This document shows, piece after piece, positions 8,285 to 18,868 of a stretch of DNA of 64,000 nucleotides. Under the pieces are notes generated by a model. The model saw only the letters and a list, made by a program, of their open reading frames with translations. It was not told the origin of the DNA and ran no database searches. The DNA is from an uncultured beta proteobacterium (GTDB lineage: Bacteria; Pseudomonadota; Gammaproteobacteria; Burkholderiales; SG8-39), in the NCBI GenBank assembly GCA_963699535.1, contig CAVOUJ010000031.1:51086-115085 (forward strand), in the 5' to 3' direction. The translations under genes were made by a program, and so were the position numbers. How positions within the stretch are numbered: position 1 is the stretch's first letter; each line of letters begins with the position of its first letter.

Positions 8285-9274
8285 CTACTCCGTAAAGAAC
8301 TCGTCTGCCCGCTCGAGCAGCCACCTCGCCCGGCGTTGCATGACGAGGTTGGCGAGACGCCACTCTGGCGCTGCGTCGGGATCCACACTCAGCGCTTTTC
8401 GCAGCAGGGCCACGAATTCACCTCGATTTCGGGTCGGCACCGACACCGCTTCGGCAAGGGAAACATGAGGCGCGGCCTGGCGTCCCCCGGACAGTTCGAG
8501 CGCACGGCGGTAGTGGTCGCGCGCCGCGGATTCCGGCCTGCCACCCCCACGGGCCATTTCGAAGGTGATCATGAAGACATGAAGCGCGCCGTGATCGAAG
8601 GCTTCGTCCAGCGCGAGGGCGCGTTCGGCGATGGGTCCGAGGAGCGGCGCATCGGCAACCGCTTCCGGATCGTCTTTCGCCAATGCCACCATCGCGGCCC
8701 ACGAGGCCCCGGTCCAATAGAGGCCCGGCACGTCCTCCCGGGCCATCGCGGCGAGCGCCTCGGCCGGGTTCCTTGCCAGGGCCGCTCCGAAGCCGGGGTG
8801 GTTCACTTCGAGCGCGCGGAGCCCGTAGTCGCGCGCTCGCCGATAGAGTTTTCGCGCGCGTTCGCGCAGCCGGTGGGCGGCAGCGACGTCCCTGTCCTCG
8901 ATCTCGTCCGCATCCTGTTGAACGAAGGCATAGGCGTACTGCGTGAAAGCCCTGGCGGTCGCGACGAGCAGGCCGGAGTGGTCCGGCCGCTCGACGAGTA
9001 CGCTTTCCATGAGCTTGAGCGAGAAAGGCGCAGCGGCCCGCACGAGCTCCGGATCGTCGTCCGAAGCGTAGGCCCCACCGCCGGCACCGAGGGTGTCTCC
9101 GAGGCCGCTGACGCCAAGCTGTCGGAACGAGCAGCCGCCTGCCGCCGCAAGAGGCAGCAACAGAGCGAGGAAAGCCAGACAGCGCAAGCGACCCGGGAGA
9201 GGCCGCGACGCGGGAATCAAGCAACTCGGTCGGCGTGCGATCCAACGTCCATCGACCTGAAGGCCATTAGCCAA
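8285..9274 (-). CDS. TatT-family TPR lipoprotein associated with a TRAP transporter
   Basis: TatT-like C-terminal sequence (..AERALALDEAFDHGALHVFMITFEMARGG..SLAEAVSVP..ANLVMQRRARWLL..). Lipobox LAAAGGC. An alternative TTG start at 9187 would give a clean lipoprotein signal (RCLAFLALLLPLAAAGGCS). Confidence 0.75.
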   Translation of the reverse strand: MANGLQVDGRWIARRPSCLIPASRPLPGRLRCLAFLALLLPLAAAGGCSFRQLGVSGLGDTLGAGGGAYASDDDPELVRAAAPFSLKLMESVLVERPDHSGLLVATARAFTQYAYAFVQQDADEIEDRDVAAAHRLRERARKLYRRARDYGLRALEVNHPGFGAALARNPAEALAAMAREDVPGLYWTGASWAAMVALAKDDPEAVADAPLLGPIAERALALDEAFDHGALHVFMITFEMARGGGRPESAARDHYRRALELSGGRQAAPHVSLAEAVSVPTRNRGEFVALLRKALSVDPDAAPEWRLANLVMQRRARWLLERADEFFTE

Positions 9275-9300
9275 GGTGGGGGCATGGTAGGCATGGCGTG

Positions 9301-10565
9301 TTAAGGTCGTGTGACGGCAAGTCCTGGGTTCGCGCGGGTCCTCGCGGAAGGATTCGACGCCGCTTCAAACAGCGCCGCCTCGAGCTCCGGAAGCTTGTCT
9401 TCCCAGGGGATCGCCTTTGCGACGCGCCGGGCCTCGCGGCCGAGCGCGTGCCGCAGGGCGGGGTCGCGCGCGAGCAATTCGGCGAGGTGCGTAAGCAGTT
9501 GAGCGTCTCCGCGAGGAGCCAGCAGGCCGCTCTCCGCGTGGACGATGTGCTGCCGGGCGGCCGCGTCGTCGTACGCGACCACCGCGAGCCCGCTCGCCAT
9601 CGCCTCCAGCACGACGTTGCCGAAGGTTTCTGTGATGCTCGGAAAGAGGAATACGTCGGCGGAGGCGTAATGCGCGGCGAGGTCCTCGCCGGCCCGCGCA
9701 CCGGTGAAGCGGAATTCCGGATTGCGCCTCTGGAGCCCGTCCCGCCGCGGTCCGTCGCCGACGACCACCACCCGTATCCTCGGGTCGATCCTCTGCATCG
9801 AACGCGCGGCGCTCGCGAAGAGCTCCAGCCCCTTCTCGGGCGCGACCCGGCCCACCGAAACGACCACCAACTCGTCGCCCGAGCAACCCCATTCTCGCCG
9901 CAGTCCTGCGCTGCGCCGGGCCGGGTTGAACAGCGCCGCATCCACGCCCCGGCCGGCGACGCGCAGGCGCTCGATGCCCAGGTGATCGAGTTCCGACTTC
10001 AGCTGTTCTGTCGGCACCAGCGTGCATTCGGTGCGGTTGTGCAGTCGCCGCAGGTAGCCCGCGACCGCACCTTGCATCCAGCCGAAGCCGTAGTGAGCGC
10101 TGTAGGCGTGGAAATTGGTGTGGAAGTCCGAGGTCAGGGGAATGCCAAGCGCGTCCGCGGCCGATATCGCGGCCCAGCCCAGCGGTCCCTCGGTGACGAC
10201 ATGCACGAGGTCGGGCCGCATCGAGCGCCAGTGCGCAGAGAGCCGGCCCGGCAGGGCGAAGCCCAGCTGCACCTGCCACCGGGGAACGACGACGCCTAGG
10301 GTGAGCGTTTCACGAGACCGGGATGCGGGGCGCGGACGGGTTCGCGGCGCTGCCGCGGCCGTACCAGCTCGACCGCGTGTCCGCGCGCCAAGAGCCAGTC
10401 GACCGTCAGCCCGATGGTGCGGGCGACGCCGTTGATCTCGGGGGGATAGGTCTCGGTGACTACCGCGATACGGAGGCGCCGCGGCGGGCCCGGGTTTGCG
10501 CCGCCGCCGGGGATCTCGGCGGCATCTCTCTCCTCCGACATGGCGGCGAAGTGTTGCAGTGCCAT
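9301..10565 (-). pseudogene. GT4-family (GT-B) glycosyltransferase, frameshifted near 10315-10330
   Basis: The N-terminal fragment (10296-10565, ..RIAVVTETYPPEINGVARTI..) and the C-terminal fragment (9301-10272, ..FLFPSITETFGNVVLEAMASGLAVVAY..) lie in different frames. The upstream extension of the C-terminal frame reads ETLTLGVVVPRWQVQLGF. Confidence 0.8.
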
Positions 10566-10682
10566 GTTACGAAAGGATAAGGCTTGTGTGAAGGATCGAT
10601 GAAACCAGCGAGCCCACCGGGCTGCAGCGCGCCAACGAGCCCTTCAGCGATTGATTCTGCAATCCTTTGGCGGGGTCACAGG

Positions 10683-11414
10683 CTACGCGAGATTGCGCCG
10701 GAAGCGGTAACCCGTTCCCCGGACCGTTTCCACGAGACGATCGTGCCCGGTCCGTTCCAGCGCCTGTCGCAACCTGCGGATGTGGACGTCCACTGTGCGT
10801 TCCTCGACGAACACGTGGTCGCCCCATACCTCATCGAGCAGCTGGGTTCGGCTGTAGACGCGCTCCGTATGGGTCATGAAGAAATGCAGCATCCTGAACT
10901 CGGTAGGCCCCAAGTCAATGTTGGCCCCCGCGGCGCTGACGCGGTGCGCGACGGGATCGAGCCCGAGTCCTCCGATTTCCACGACGTCGTCGGTGAGCTG
11001 AGGCGCGCGCCTCCTCATCACGGCCTTGATGCGCGCCAGGAGCTCCCGCGGCGAAAACGGCTTGGTGACGTAGTCGTCAGCCCCGCCCTCGAGTCCGGCA
11101 ACGGTGTCCTGTTCCTGGGCGCGAGCCGTCAGCATGATGATCGGGATGTCCTTGGTGCGCTGATCCGACCGCAGCTGGCGCGCGAAGTTCAGCCCTGGAG
11201 GCCCGGGGAGCATCCAGTCGAGCAGGACCAGATCGGGCAGGATCTCGCGCACGAGCGCCTCGGCCTCCGGGACATTCGCAGCGCGCAGCACCTGATGGCC
11301 GGCGTGCTCGAGGTTGACGGCGATCAGCTCCTGAATCGCAGGCTCATCTTCGACGACGAGGATCGCGCCGCCCATGGCTGCCCTGTTCGGAATTTCGTTC
11401 CACGCCGAGCGCAT
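10683..11414 (-). CDS. phoB: Phosphate regulon response regulator PhoB
   Basis: OmpR-family receiver plus winged-helix domains (..[38 protein letters not shown]..). The ATG overlaps the phoU stop (ATGA-type). An alternative start lies at 11375. Confidence 0.9.
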   Translation of the reverse strand: MRSAWNEIPNRAAMGGAILVVEDEPAIQELIAVNLEHAGHQVLRAANVPEAEALVREILPDLVLLDWMLPGPPGLNFARQLRSDQRTKDIPIIMLTARAQEQDTVAGLEGGADDYVTKPFSPRELLARIKAVMRRRAPQLTDDVVEIGGLGLDPVAHRVSAAGANIDLGPTEFRMLHFFMTHTERVYSRTQLLDEVWGDHVFVEERTVDVHIRRLRQALERTGHDRLVETVRGTGYRFRRNLA

Positions 11415-12121
11415 CAGCTGAGTGCCTCGCGCTCAATCACCTCGACCGCAGTGTGGCGGACATCGGTGCCCTTCACGATGTAGATCACGTCTTCCGCGAT
11501 GTTCTTGGCATGATCCCCGATGCGTTCGATGGCCTTGGCAATCCACACGGTTTCCAGGGCGGTGGAGATTGTTCGCGGATCCTCCATCATGAACGTGACG
11601 AGCTGCCGCAGGATAGAGCGGAACTCCGTATCGATCGCCCTGTCATCGCGGATGATCCCTGCGGCCTGGGCCGCGTCCAGGCGCGCAAAGGCATCGAGCG
11701 CCCGGCGCAGCATCGATATGGCGATGTCGGCGGCGTGACGGATGTTTGGAAAGCGCTGCGGGTTCATCCGCCCGCGTTCGTGGATTTGCTTGGACATGCG
11801 CGCGATCTTCTCGGCTTCGTCACCGATGCGCTCCAGATCGGTGACCGCCTTGCTGATCGCCATGATGAGACGCAGGTCATTCGCCGCCGGTTGGCGTTTG
11901 ACGATGATATGGCTGCAGTCGTTGTCGATGGTGACCTCGCACTCGTTCACCCGGGCCTCGCTCGCGATCACCTGGTCGATGAGGTCCGTGTTCCCGCTGG
12001 AAAAGGCATCGATGGCGCCGCGGATCTGCGCTTCGACCAAGCCGCCCATCTGCAGCACGCCCGAACGCAGCGTTTCCAGATCCTGGTCGTATTTCTTGGA
12101 AAGATGATCGGTCTGCACCAT
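11414..12121 (-). CDS. phoU: Phosphate signalling complex protein PhoU
   Basis: Two PhoU repeats (..[11 protein letters not shown].. and ..[16 protein letters not shown]..). Start chosen at [15 protein letters not shown]. Confidence 0.9.
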   Translation of the reverse strand: MVQTDHLSKKYDQDLETLRSGVLQMGGLVEAQIRGAIDAFSSGNTDLIDQVIASEARVNECEVTIDNDCSHIIVKRQPAANDLRLIMAISKAVTDLERIGDEAEKIARMSKQIHERGRMNPQRFPNIRHAADIAISMLRRALDAFARLDAAQAAGIIRDDRAIDTEFRSILRQLVTFMMEDPRTISTALETVWIAKAIERIGDHAKNIAEDVIYIVKGTDVRHTAVEVIEREALS

Positions 12122-12131
12122 GAGGACTCCT

Positions 12132-12923
12132 TCAGCCGAAGCGGCCGGTGATGTAGTCTTCGGTTTCCTTCTTCTTCGGCTTGATGAAGACTTCATCGGT
12201 CACGCCGAACTCGATCAGCTCGCCGAGATACATGTAGGCAGTGTAGTCCGAAACGCGCGCCGCCTGTTGCATGTTGTGAGTCACGATCACTATCGTGTAG
12301 TCGTTCTTCAGCTCGTGAACGAGCTCTTCGATCCTGCCAGTGGAAATCGGGTCGAGCGCCGAGCACGGCTCATCGAGCAGCAAGACCTCGGGTTTGACGG
12401 CTATGCCGCGCGCGATGCACAAGCGCTGCTGCTGACCGCCCGACAAACTCGTGCCACTCTGCTTCAGCTTGTCCTTCGCCTCCTCCCAAAGTGCGGCCTT
12501 GCGCAGCGCCCACTCGACGCGCTCATCCATTTCCCTCAGGGTGAGAGTCTCGTAGAGGCGCACGCCGAATGCGATGTTGTCGTAGATCGACATCGGAAAA
12601 GGCGTCGGCTTCTGGAAAACCATGCCGACTTTCGCGCGCAGGCGGTTCAAGTCATGGCTCGGAGCCAGAACGTTTTCCCCATCCAGCAGGATTTCACCCT
12701 GCGCCTCCTGACCCGGATACAGCGCGTACATCCGGTTAAGGGTGCGCAGCAGCGTCGATTTCCCGCAGCCCGAGGGGCCGATGAACGCGGTCACCTTTCG
12801 TTCGGGAACCTCGAGGTTGATCTCTTTCAGGGCATGGAAGGTGCCGTAGTAGAAATTCAGATTCCTCACCAGGATTTTTTGTGCAACGGCCTCGTCGACC
12901 GGTTGCAGGACGGCGGCGTTCAT
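12132..12923 (-). CDS. pstB: Phosphate ABC transporter ATP-binding protein PstB
   Basis: Walker [10 protein letters not shown], signature LSGGQQQRL and Walker B LLLDEP. Start at MNAAVLQPV, just after the pstA stop. Confidence 0.95.
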   Translation of the reverse strand: MNAAVLQPVDEAVAQKILVRNLNFYYGTFHALKEINLEVPERKVTAFIGPSGCGKSTLLRTLNRMYALYPGQEAQGEILLDGENVLAPSHDLNRLRAKVGMVFQKPTPFPMSIYDNIAFGVRLYETLTLREMDERVEWALRKAALWEEAKDKLKQSGTSLSGGQQQRLCIARGIAVKPEVLLLDEPCSALDPISTGRIEELVHELKNDYTIVIVTHNMQQAARVSDYTAYMYLGELIEFGVTDEVFIKPKKKETEDYITGRFG

Positions 12924-12927
12924 AGTT

Positions 12928-13773
12928 TCAATATGTTGGGGTTCGTTCACGGAAGAATACGCGAGCCAGCACGTTGAGGACAAGCACGCTGAACGTGATG
13001 AGGAGCGCGCCCGCCCATGCGAGTTGCTGCCAGCTTTCGTACGGACTCATCGCGAACTGAAAGATGACCACGGGAAGGTTGGCCATGGGGGCGTTCATGT
13101 TGAGAGACCAGAATTGATTGTTCAGCGCCGTGAACAGCAGCGGCGCGGTCTCGCCGCTGATGCGTGCCACGGCGAGCAGAATGCCGGTGATGATACCGGC
13201 CTTGGCGGCGCGCACGGTTACGAACAGGATCACCTTCCATTGGGGTGCGCCCAGCGCCGCGGCCGCTTCGCGCAGGCTGTCGGGCACGAGGCGAAGCATG
13301 TTCTCAGTGGTCCGGATCACGACCGGGATGACGATCAAGGCGAGCGCCATGATCCCCGCCCATGCCGAGAAATGCTTGACGCGCACTACGTATGCCTCGT
13401 AGATGAACAAGCCGATCACGATGGAAGGCGCAGAGAGCAGGATGTCGTTGATGAAGCGTGTCGCCGGGGCAAGCCAGCCGCGGCTTCCGTATTCGCCGAG
13501 ATAGATCCCGGCCATGATGCCGATCGGCGTTCCGAGCAGCGTGCCCGCCGCGGCCATGATCAAGCTGCCCGCAATCGCATTCAGGAGCCCTCCGCTGCTG
13601 CCCGGGGGCGGCGTCGTCAGCAGAACCAGGTCCGGGCTGATCGCCCTGAACCCCGCCTCGAAGAGCGTGATCAAGATCCAGCCCAGCCAGAACAGCCCGA
13701 ACACCATCGCCAGCAACGACACGATCAGGTTGAAGCGGTTGATGAACAGCCGGCGCGTGTAGAGGCTCATCAT
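12928..13773 (-). CDS. pstA: Phosphate ABC transporter permease PstA
   Basis: 281-aa permease with an EAA-loop (..[17 protein letters not shown]..) in the pstSCAB context. Confidence 0.95.
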   Translation of the reverse strand: MMSLYTRRLFINRFNLIVSLLAMVFGLFWLGWILITLFEAGFRAISPDLVLLTTPPPGSSGGLLNAIAGSLIMAAAGTLLGTPIGIMAGIYLGEYGSRGWLAPATRFINDILLSAPSIVIGLFIYEAYVVRVKHFSAWAGIMALALIVIPVVIRTTENMLRLVPDSLREAAAALGAPQWKVILFVTVRAAKAGIITGILLAVARISGETAPLLFTALNNQFWSLNMNAPMANLPVVIFQFAMSPYESWQQLAWAGALLITFSVLVLNVLARVFFRERTPTY

Positions 13774-13783
13774 CGCGGCAAGC

Positions 13784-14803
13784 TCACGTCTTCTGCCCTT
13801 CCGCCTTTGCGAGCTGCATGAGAAGCAGCTTGGAGCAGGCCAGCACCACGAACGTGATCAGGAAAAGGATGAGGCCGAGCTCGATCAGCGAGGAAAAGTA
13901 GAGATCGCCTACGGCTTCGGTAAATTCATTGGCGAGCGTGGAGGCGATGCTGCTGCCCGGCGCCATCAGTGAGGTGGCGAGCCCATGGGCGTTGCCGATG
14001 ACGAACGTGACGGCCATGGTCTCGCCCAGGGCCCGGCCCAAGCCCAGCATGATTCCGCCGATCACGCCGACCTTGGTGTAGGGGAGCACCACGTGCCAGA
14101 CGACTTCCCAGGTCGTCGAGCCGAGCGCGTAAGCCGATTCCTTCAGCACTGCCGGCACGATATCGAACACGTCCCGCATCACCGAAGCGATGAACGGGAT
14201 GACCATGATGGCGAGAATGATGCCCGCCGTGAGAATGCCTATCCCCATCGGAGGTCCCTGGAACAGGCTGCCCGCAAGCGGGACCGCGCCCAGTGTGCTG
14301 GTGAGCGCCGGCTGAACGTAAGTCGCGAACACCGGGGCGAAGACAAACAGCCCCCACATGCCGTAGATGATGCTCGGAATCGCGGCCAGGAGCTCGATTG
14401 CAGTTCCCAGCGGCCGCCTCAGCCAGACCGGCGACAGTTCCGTAAGGAACAATGCGATGCCGAAACTCACCGGAATGCCGATCAGGAGGGCAATCAAGGA
14501 AGTCACCAGGGTGCCCACGATCGGCACCAAGGCACCGAATTCCTCGGTGACGGGGTTCCAGTGGGAGGTTGCGAGGAACTTGATGCCGAACGCGTTGAGC
14601 GCCGGCAGGCTGCCGACGATCAGCGTAATGATGATACCGGCGAGCAGAGCGAGGACGAGGAACGCAAACACGCGCGTCGCGTGGCGGAACGCGTGGTCAA
14701 GCCAGTACTGCCTTCTGAGACGCGCTTTTGAGATCGACACCGTGGAAATGTCGGAGAGGCCGCGGGGAAGCCTCTCCATCACGTTGTTGGCCACGGTGCT
14801 CAT
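13784..14803 (-). CDS. pstC: Phosphate ABC transporter permease PstC
   Basis: 339-aa permease (..[22 protein letters not shown]..) in the pstSCAB context. Confidence 0.95.
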   Translation of the reverse strand: MSTVANNVMERLPRGLSDISTVSISKARLRRQYWLDHAFRHATRVFAFLVLALLAGIIITLIVGSLPALNAFGIKFLATSHWNPVTEEFGALVPIVGTLVTSLIALLIGIPVSFGIALFLTELSPVWLRRPLGTAIELLAAIPSIIYGMWGLFVFAPVFATYVQPALTSTLGAVPLAGSLFQGPPMGIGILTAGIILAIMVIPFIASVMRDVFDIVPAVLKESAYALGSTTWEVVWHVVLPYTKVGVIGGIMLGLGRALGETMAVTFVIGNAHGLATSLMAPGSSIASTLANEFTEAVGDLYFSSLIELGLILFLITFVVLACSKLLLMQLAKAEGQKT

Positions 14804-14837
14804 TCTAGTCGCTCCGGTCGCCCCGCGCGGTTGCCCG

Positions 14838-15896
14838 CTACCAGATCGCTTTGCCGCCCGCGTCCTTGATCTGGCTCCTCCAAGCCGACTCCACCAGCTT
14901 CACGACGTCGTCGGGCATGGGAATGTAGTCGAGCTCGAGCGCCATTTGGTCACCGCTCTGGAAGGCCCAACTGAAGAACTTCAGCACCTCTTTCGCCCTG
15001 TCGGGATTGGCCTGAGACTTGTGCATCAGGATGAAAGTGGCGCCGGTGATGGGCCAGCTGTTCTTGCCGGGCTCGTCAGTGAGGATCTCGTAGAATCCCG
15101 GCGCGTTCTTCCAGTCGGCGCCTGCCGCCGCAGACTGGAAGGTCTTGTCGTTCGGCGCCACGAATGCTCCTTCCTTGTTCTGCAGCAGGGTGTACGCCAT
15201 CTTGTTCTGTTTGGCGTAGGCGTACTCGACGTAGCCGATCGCGCCTTTGATGCGTTGCACGAAGGAGGCGACGCCTTCGTTGCCTTTGCCGCCCGAGCTC
15301 GTCGGTGCCGGCCACGACACTGACGCGTTGTTGCCGACCTTGTTCTTCCACTCGGCGCTCACTTTGGACAGGTAGTTCGTGAAGATGAAGGTGGTTCCCG
15401 AGCCGTCCGCCCGATGGACGACGGTTATCGCCTGGTCCGGCAACCTGAGGTCGCTGTTGAGGCTGGCGATCCGGGAATCGTTCCACTTACTGATCTTGCC
15501 GAGATAGATGTCGGCGAGCACGTTCCCGGTCAGTTTCATCTGGCCAGGTTTCACGCCCTCGATATTCACCACGGGCACCACGCCGCCCATGACCATCGGA
15601 AACTGTACGAGGCCGTCTTTGGCGAGTTCGTCGGCTTTCAGGGGGGCGTCCGAAGCGCCAAAATCAACCGTCTTTGCTCGGATCTGCTTGATGCCGCCGC
15701 CGGACCCGATCGACTGGTAGTTCATTCCTACGCCTGTCTTTTGCCTGTAGGCCTCCGCCCATTTGGCGTAAATCGGGTAGGGGAACGTCGCTCCGGCGCC
15801 GGTGATGTCGGCGGCCGAGCCGACTGGGCTCAGCAGGCCCAGCGCGATCGCCGAGGCGGCGAGGAAACGTGTTTTGCGAAGATGTGTGATTTGCAT
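14838..15896 (-). CDS. pstS: Phosphate ABC transporter substrate-binding protein PstS
   Basis: PstS sequence (..[22 protein letters not shown]..) with a signal peptide. Start at MQITHLRK, preceded by GGAGG. The longer ORF to 15974 is rejected. Confidence 0.9.
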   Translation of the reverse strand: MQITHLRKTRFLAASAIALGLLSPVGSAADITGAGATFPYPIYAKWAEAYRQKTGVGMNYQSIGSGGGIKQIRAKTVDFGASDAPLKADELAKDGLVQFPMVMGGVVPVVNIEGVKPGQMKLTGNVLADIYLGKISKWNDSRIASLNSDLRLPDQAITVVHRADGSGTTFIFTNYLSKVSAEWKNKVGNNASVSWPAPTSSGGKGNEGVASFVQRIKGAIGYVEYAYAKQNKMAYTLLQNKEGAFVAPNDKTFQSAAAGADWKNAPGFYEILTDEPGKNSWPITGATFILMHKSQANPDRAKEVLKFFSWAFQSGDQMALELDYIPMPDDVVKLVESAWRSQIKDAGGKAIW

Positions 15897-15952
15897 GGAA
15901 CCTCCAAGAAATGTCAGAACTGTGGGAAGCTCATGCATCGTACTGAACCGAT

Positions 15953-15970
15953 ATTTCAGAAAAATTACAT
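15953..15970 (-). promoter_or_regulatory. Candidate Pho box ATGTAAT tttt CTGAAAT upstream of pstS
   Basis: Located in the AT-rich 15897-16079 spacer. It matches CTGTCAT-N4-CTGTCAT at 11 of 14 positions with correct 7+4+7 spacing. A possible -10 (TACGAT) lies 10 nt downstream, and the box is about 57 nt from the ATG. Confidence 0.4.
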
Positions 15971-16079
15971 TCACAATAAATAAATATTTGAATCCTTAGT
16001 CAATACATTCAATAGCTTGCGTTCTCTTGGAGTCGCGTCAGCAACTGCTGAGTGTTTCGAGGGGGATCGCCGAGAGCCG

Positions 16080-17138
16080 TCACCGCACCTTGATTTCTAT
16101 CCACATGCGGTTCAGAAGCCGCCGCTGCCTGCGGTCGAGATCGTGAAGCATCTCCATGCGCTCGATCGCGGCCTTGTCGGGGAACACCGCCCGGTTTTGC
16201 GCGATATCGGGGTGGATGTACTGCATCGCGTCGGCGTTGGGATTGCCGGCGCCGATGGCATTGGTCAGCTCCGCCGAATTGCGGCCGTCGAGCATGAAGT
16301 CCATGAAGCGGTGCGCGAGGTCCGGGCGCGGGCCGCTCTTGTGCAGCACCATGTTGTCGAGCGCGAGCACCGCGCCTTCCTTCGGCGTCGAGTAGCCGAT
16401 GGTGAACTTCCGGCCGGCGGCCTTGGCGTCCTGGGCCGCGGTGAACATGTCGTTCGAATAGCCGTGCGCGAGCCAGATGTTGCCGACGGTCAGCTCCTTG
16501 ATGTAGGAAGCCGCGTTGAACGCCGCCCAATAGGGCTTGGCGCGCAGGATCAGGTCGCGCGCCTTCTTCCAGTGCGCCTCGTCGACGTCGTTCACCGAGT
16601 AGCCGAGGTATTTCAGCGCGGCGGCGATGAGCTCCCTCTGGCTGTCGAGCACGGTGACCTTGCCCTTGATGCGCTCCAGGTACCTCGGCTCGAAAATCGC
16701 CGCCCAGGTGTCGGTGGGAATACCTCGCTCTTTCATCTTCTCGACGTTGTAGCCGAGGAGCGTCACCGAGTAGGCGTAAGGGACCGAGTATTGGTTTCCG
16801 GGATCGAAGAACTCGCCCATGAATGCGGGCTTGATGTTCTTCAGATTGGGCAGGAGGCGCTTGTCCAGGGGCCGCAGGGCGCCTTGCTGGATGAGGTTCT
16901 GGACCGCGTTGCCGGTGGGCACCAGGATGTCGTAGCCGGTCGCCCCGGCGGCGAGCTTGGCGAGCATCTCCTCGTTGTCGGCGTAGTAGTCCTGCACGAG
17001 CTTGCAGCCGCAGGACTTCTCGAAACGCCTGACCGTATCCGGCGTGATGTAATTGTTCCAGTTGTACAGGTGCAGCACGTCCGCGGCCGCTGCGGGCAGG
17101 GCCGCAAGGAGCGCCGGAACCCAAAGCCACGAGCGCAC
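16080..17138 (-). CDS. potD: Spermidine/putrescine ABC transporter periplasmic binding protein
   Basis: PotD/PotF-family sequence (..LHLYNWNNYITPDT..YDILVPTGN..). GTG start at 17138, just after the potC stop. The long ORF to 17909 is an out-of-frame read-through artefact. Confidence 0.85.
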   Translation of the reverse strand: MRSWLWVPALLAALPAAAADVLHLYNWNNYITPDTVRRFEKSCGCKLVQDYYADNEEMLAKLAAGATGYDILVPTGNAVQNLIQQGALRPLDKRLLPNLKNIKPAFMGEFFDPGNQYSVPYAYSVTLLGYNVEKMKERGIPTDTWAAIFEPRYLERIKGKVTVLDSQRELIAAALKYLGYSVNDVDEAHWKKARDLILRAKPYWAAFNAASYIKELTVGNIWLAHGYSNDMFTAAQDAKAAGRKFTIGYSTPKEGAVLALDNMVLHKSGPRPDLAHRFMDFMLDGRNSAELTNAIGAGNPNADAMQYIHPDIAQNRAVFPDKAAIERMEMLHDLDRRQRRLLNRMWIEIKVR

Positions 17139-17143
17139 GCGCT

Positions 17144-17923
17144 TCAGCCTTCTCCGCGCAGCACGTCCGGCGCGAGGCGCGAGGCGATCACGATCATGGT
17201 GAGCGTGAGGACCATGAGGAGCGTCGAGACGGCGTTCACTTCCGGGGTTACGGCCACCTTGATCATGGTGTAGATCTGCAGCGGCAGGGTCGAGACGCCG
17301 ACGCCGGTGGTGAAGAAGGTGATGACGAAGTCGTCGATCGAGAGGGTGAAGCTCATCAGCGCCCCGGCGATCACGCCCGGCATGATGAGCGGCAGGGTGA
17401 CCAGCCTGAAGGTCTGCCAGGGGGTGGCGCCCAGGTCGCGCGCGGCCTCGAAAATCGATTCGTCCATGCCCGCGAGGCGCGCGCGCACGACGATGGCGAC
17501 GAAGCCGATGCAGAAAGTGATGTGGGCGATGATGACCGTGCCCAGGCTCAGGGACTGCTCGCCGAACACCGAGATGAAGAAGACGAGGAGCGACACGCCG
17601 AGCAGGATCTCCGGCATCGCCACCGGAGTGAGCACCATGAAGGGCAGGAACCGCGGCTTGTAGCGGTGCATGGCGATGCCCGCCATGGTGCCGAGGACCG
17701 TCGCGACGATCGAGGCGGTGACGGCGATGAAGAGCGAGTTTCGCGCGGCGGCTAGCATGGCCTCGTCGGCGAAAAGCGTCTGGTACCAGCTCCAGGTGAA
17801 GCCTACCCATTCGGCGTTCAGCTTCGAGTCGTTGAACGAGAAGAGCACCACGATGGCGAGCGGAACGTAGAGGAACGCGTACACGCCGAGCGACGCGCCC
17901 CACAGCCACCAGGATCTACGCAC
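17144..17923 (-). CDS. potC: Spermidine/putrescine ABC transporter permease PotC
   Basis: 259-aa permease with an EAA loop (..FEAARDLGATPWQTFRLVTLP..). Confidence 0.9.
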   Translation of the reverse strand: MRRSWWLWGASLGVYAFLYVPLAIVVLFSFNDSKLNAEWVGFTWSWYQTLFADEAMLAAARNSLFIAVTASIVATVLGTMAGIAMHRYKPRFLPFMVLTPVAMPEILLGVSLLVFFISVFGEQSLSLGTVIIAHITFCIGFVAIVVRARLAGMDESIFEAARDLGATPWQTFRLVTLPLIMPGVIAGALMSFTLSIDDFVITFFTTGVGVSTLPLQIYTMIKVAVTPEVNAVSTLLMVLTLTMIVIASRLAPDVLRGEG

Positions 17924-18829
17924 GCGCCGTTCCTTTCTTCGCCAGCCACGCGGCCGCCGCCGCCACCGCGAGCACCGCGAGCGTGAGCATGATCGACAGC
18001 ATCGAGCCGAAGGGCCAGTCGCGCGTTCCGAGAAAGGCCTCCTTGATCATGTTTCCGACCATCCAGTCGTCCTTGCCGCCGAGGATCTCCGGGATCGCGA
18101 ACATGCCGAGCACCGGGATGAATACCAGCGCTGCGCCGGAAAAGACGCCGGGCAGCGACAGCGGAAAGGTCACGCGCCAGAAGCGGCTCCAAGCGTTCGC
18201 GCCCAGGTCCTGCGCGGCGTCGAGCAGCACCGGGTCGTGCTTCTCGAGGTTGGTGTAGAGCGGCAGGATCATGAAGGGCAGGTGCACGTAGACCATGCCG
18301 ACGACCACGGCGAACCCCGAGAAGAGCAGCGACAGGGGCTCGATGCCGCGTGCGCAAGGATGTAGTTGACCGGCCGCAGGAAGACCGACTGATCGCCGAG
18401 GATGATCATCCAGGCGTACACGCGCACCAGGAAGTTGCTCGCGAACGGCAGCACGACGAGCAGCACCATGAAGTCGCGGTGGCGCTTGGGGCTGCGCGCG
18501 ATCAGGAGCGCGAGCGGATAGGCCATCACGAGGCACACGAGCGTCGTCAGCAGCGCGACGCCGAAGGATTTGGCCAGGATCTGGAAGTAGATCGAGTCGC
18601 CGAAGAATATCCCGTAGTTCTCGGCCGTGAGCCCCGCATCCTCGCCGGGACGGGTGGCGGCGAGCGGCGCGAGCCCGCCGAACTCCCCGGGATAGCGGAA
18701 CGAGGCGACCACCATGATGAGCGAAGGCAGCGCGAAGAAGACGAGCAGGAACAGGAACGGCGGCCCGGTCACGAGCCAGCGGGTGACGCTCTCCGGGTTC
18801 GGCTTGATCATCAGATTGCGAGGGGACAT
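17916..18829 (-). pseudogene. potB: Spermidine/putrescine ABC transporter permease PotB, frameshifted near 18345-18355
   Basis: The N-terminal part (18269-18829 frame, ..VNYILAHA) and the C-terminal part (17916-18872 frame, GIEPLSLLF..LDAAQDLGANAWSRFWRVTFP..) join only after a 1-nt shift. Confidence 0.85.
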
Positions 18830-18868
18830 CTCCCCTCGTGCCCTCCCGGCATGGTGGAGCGGGTTCTT

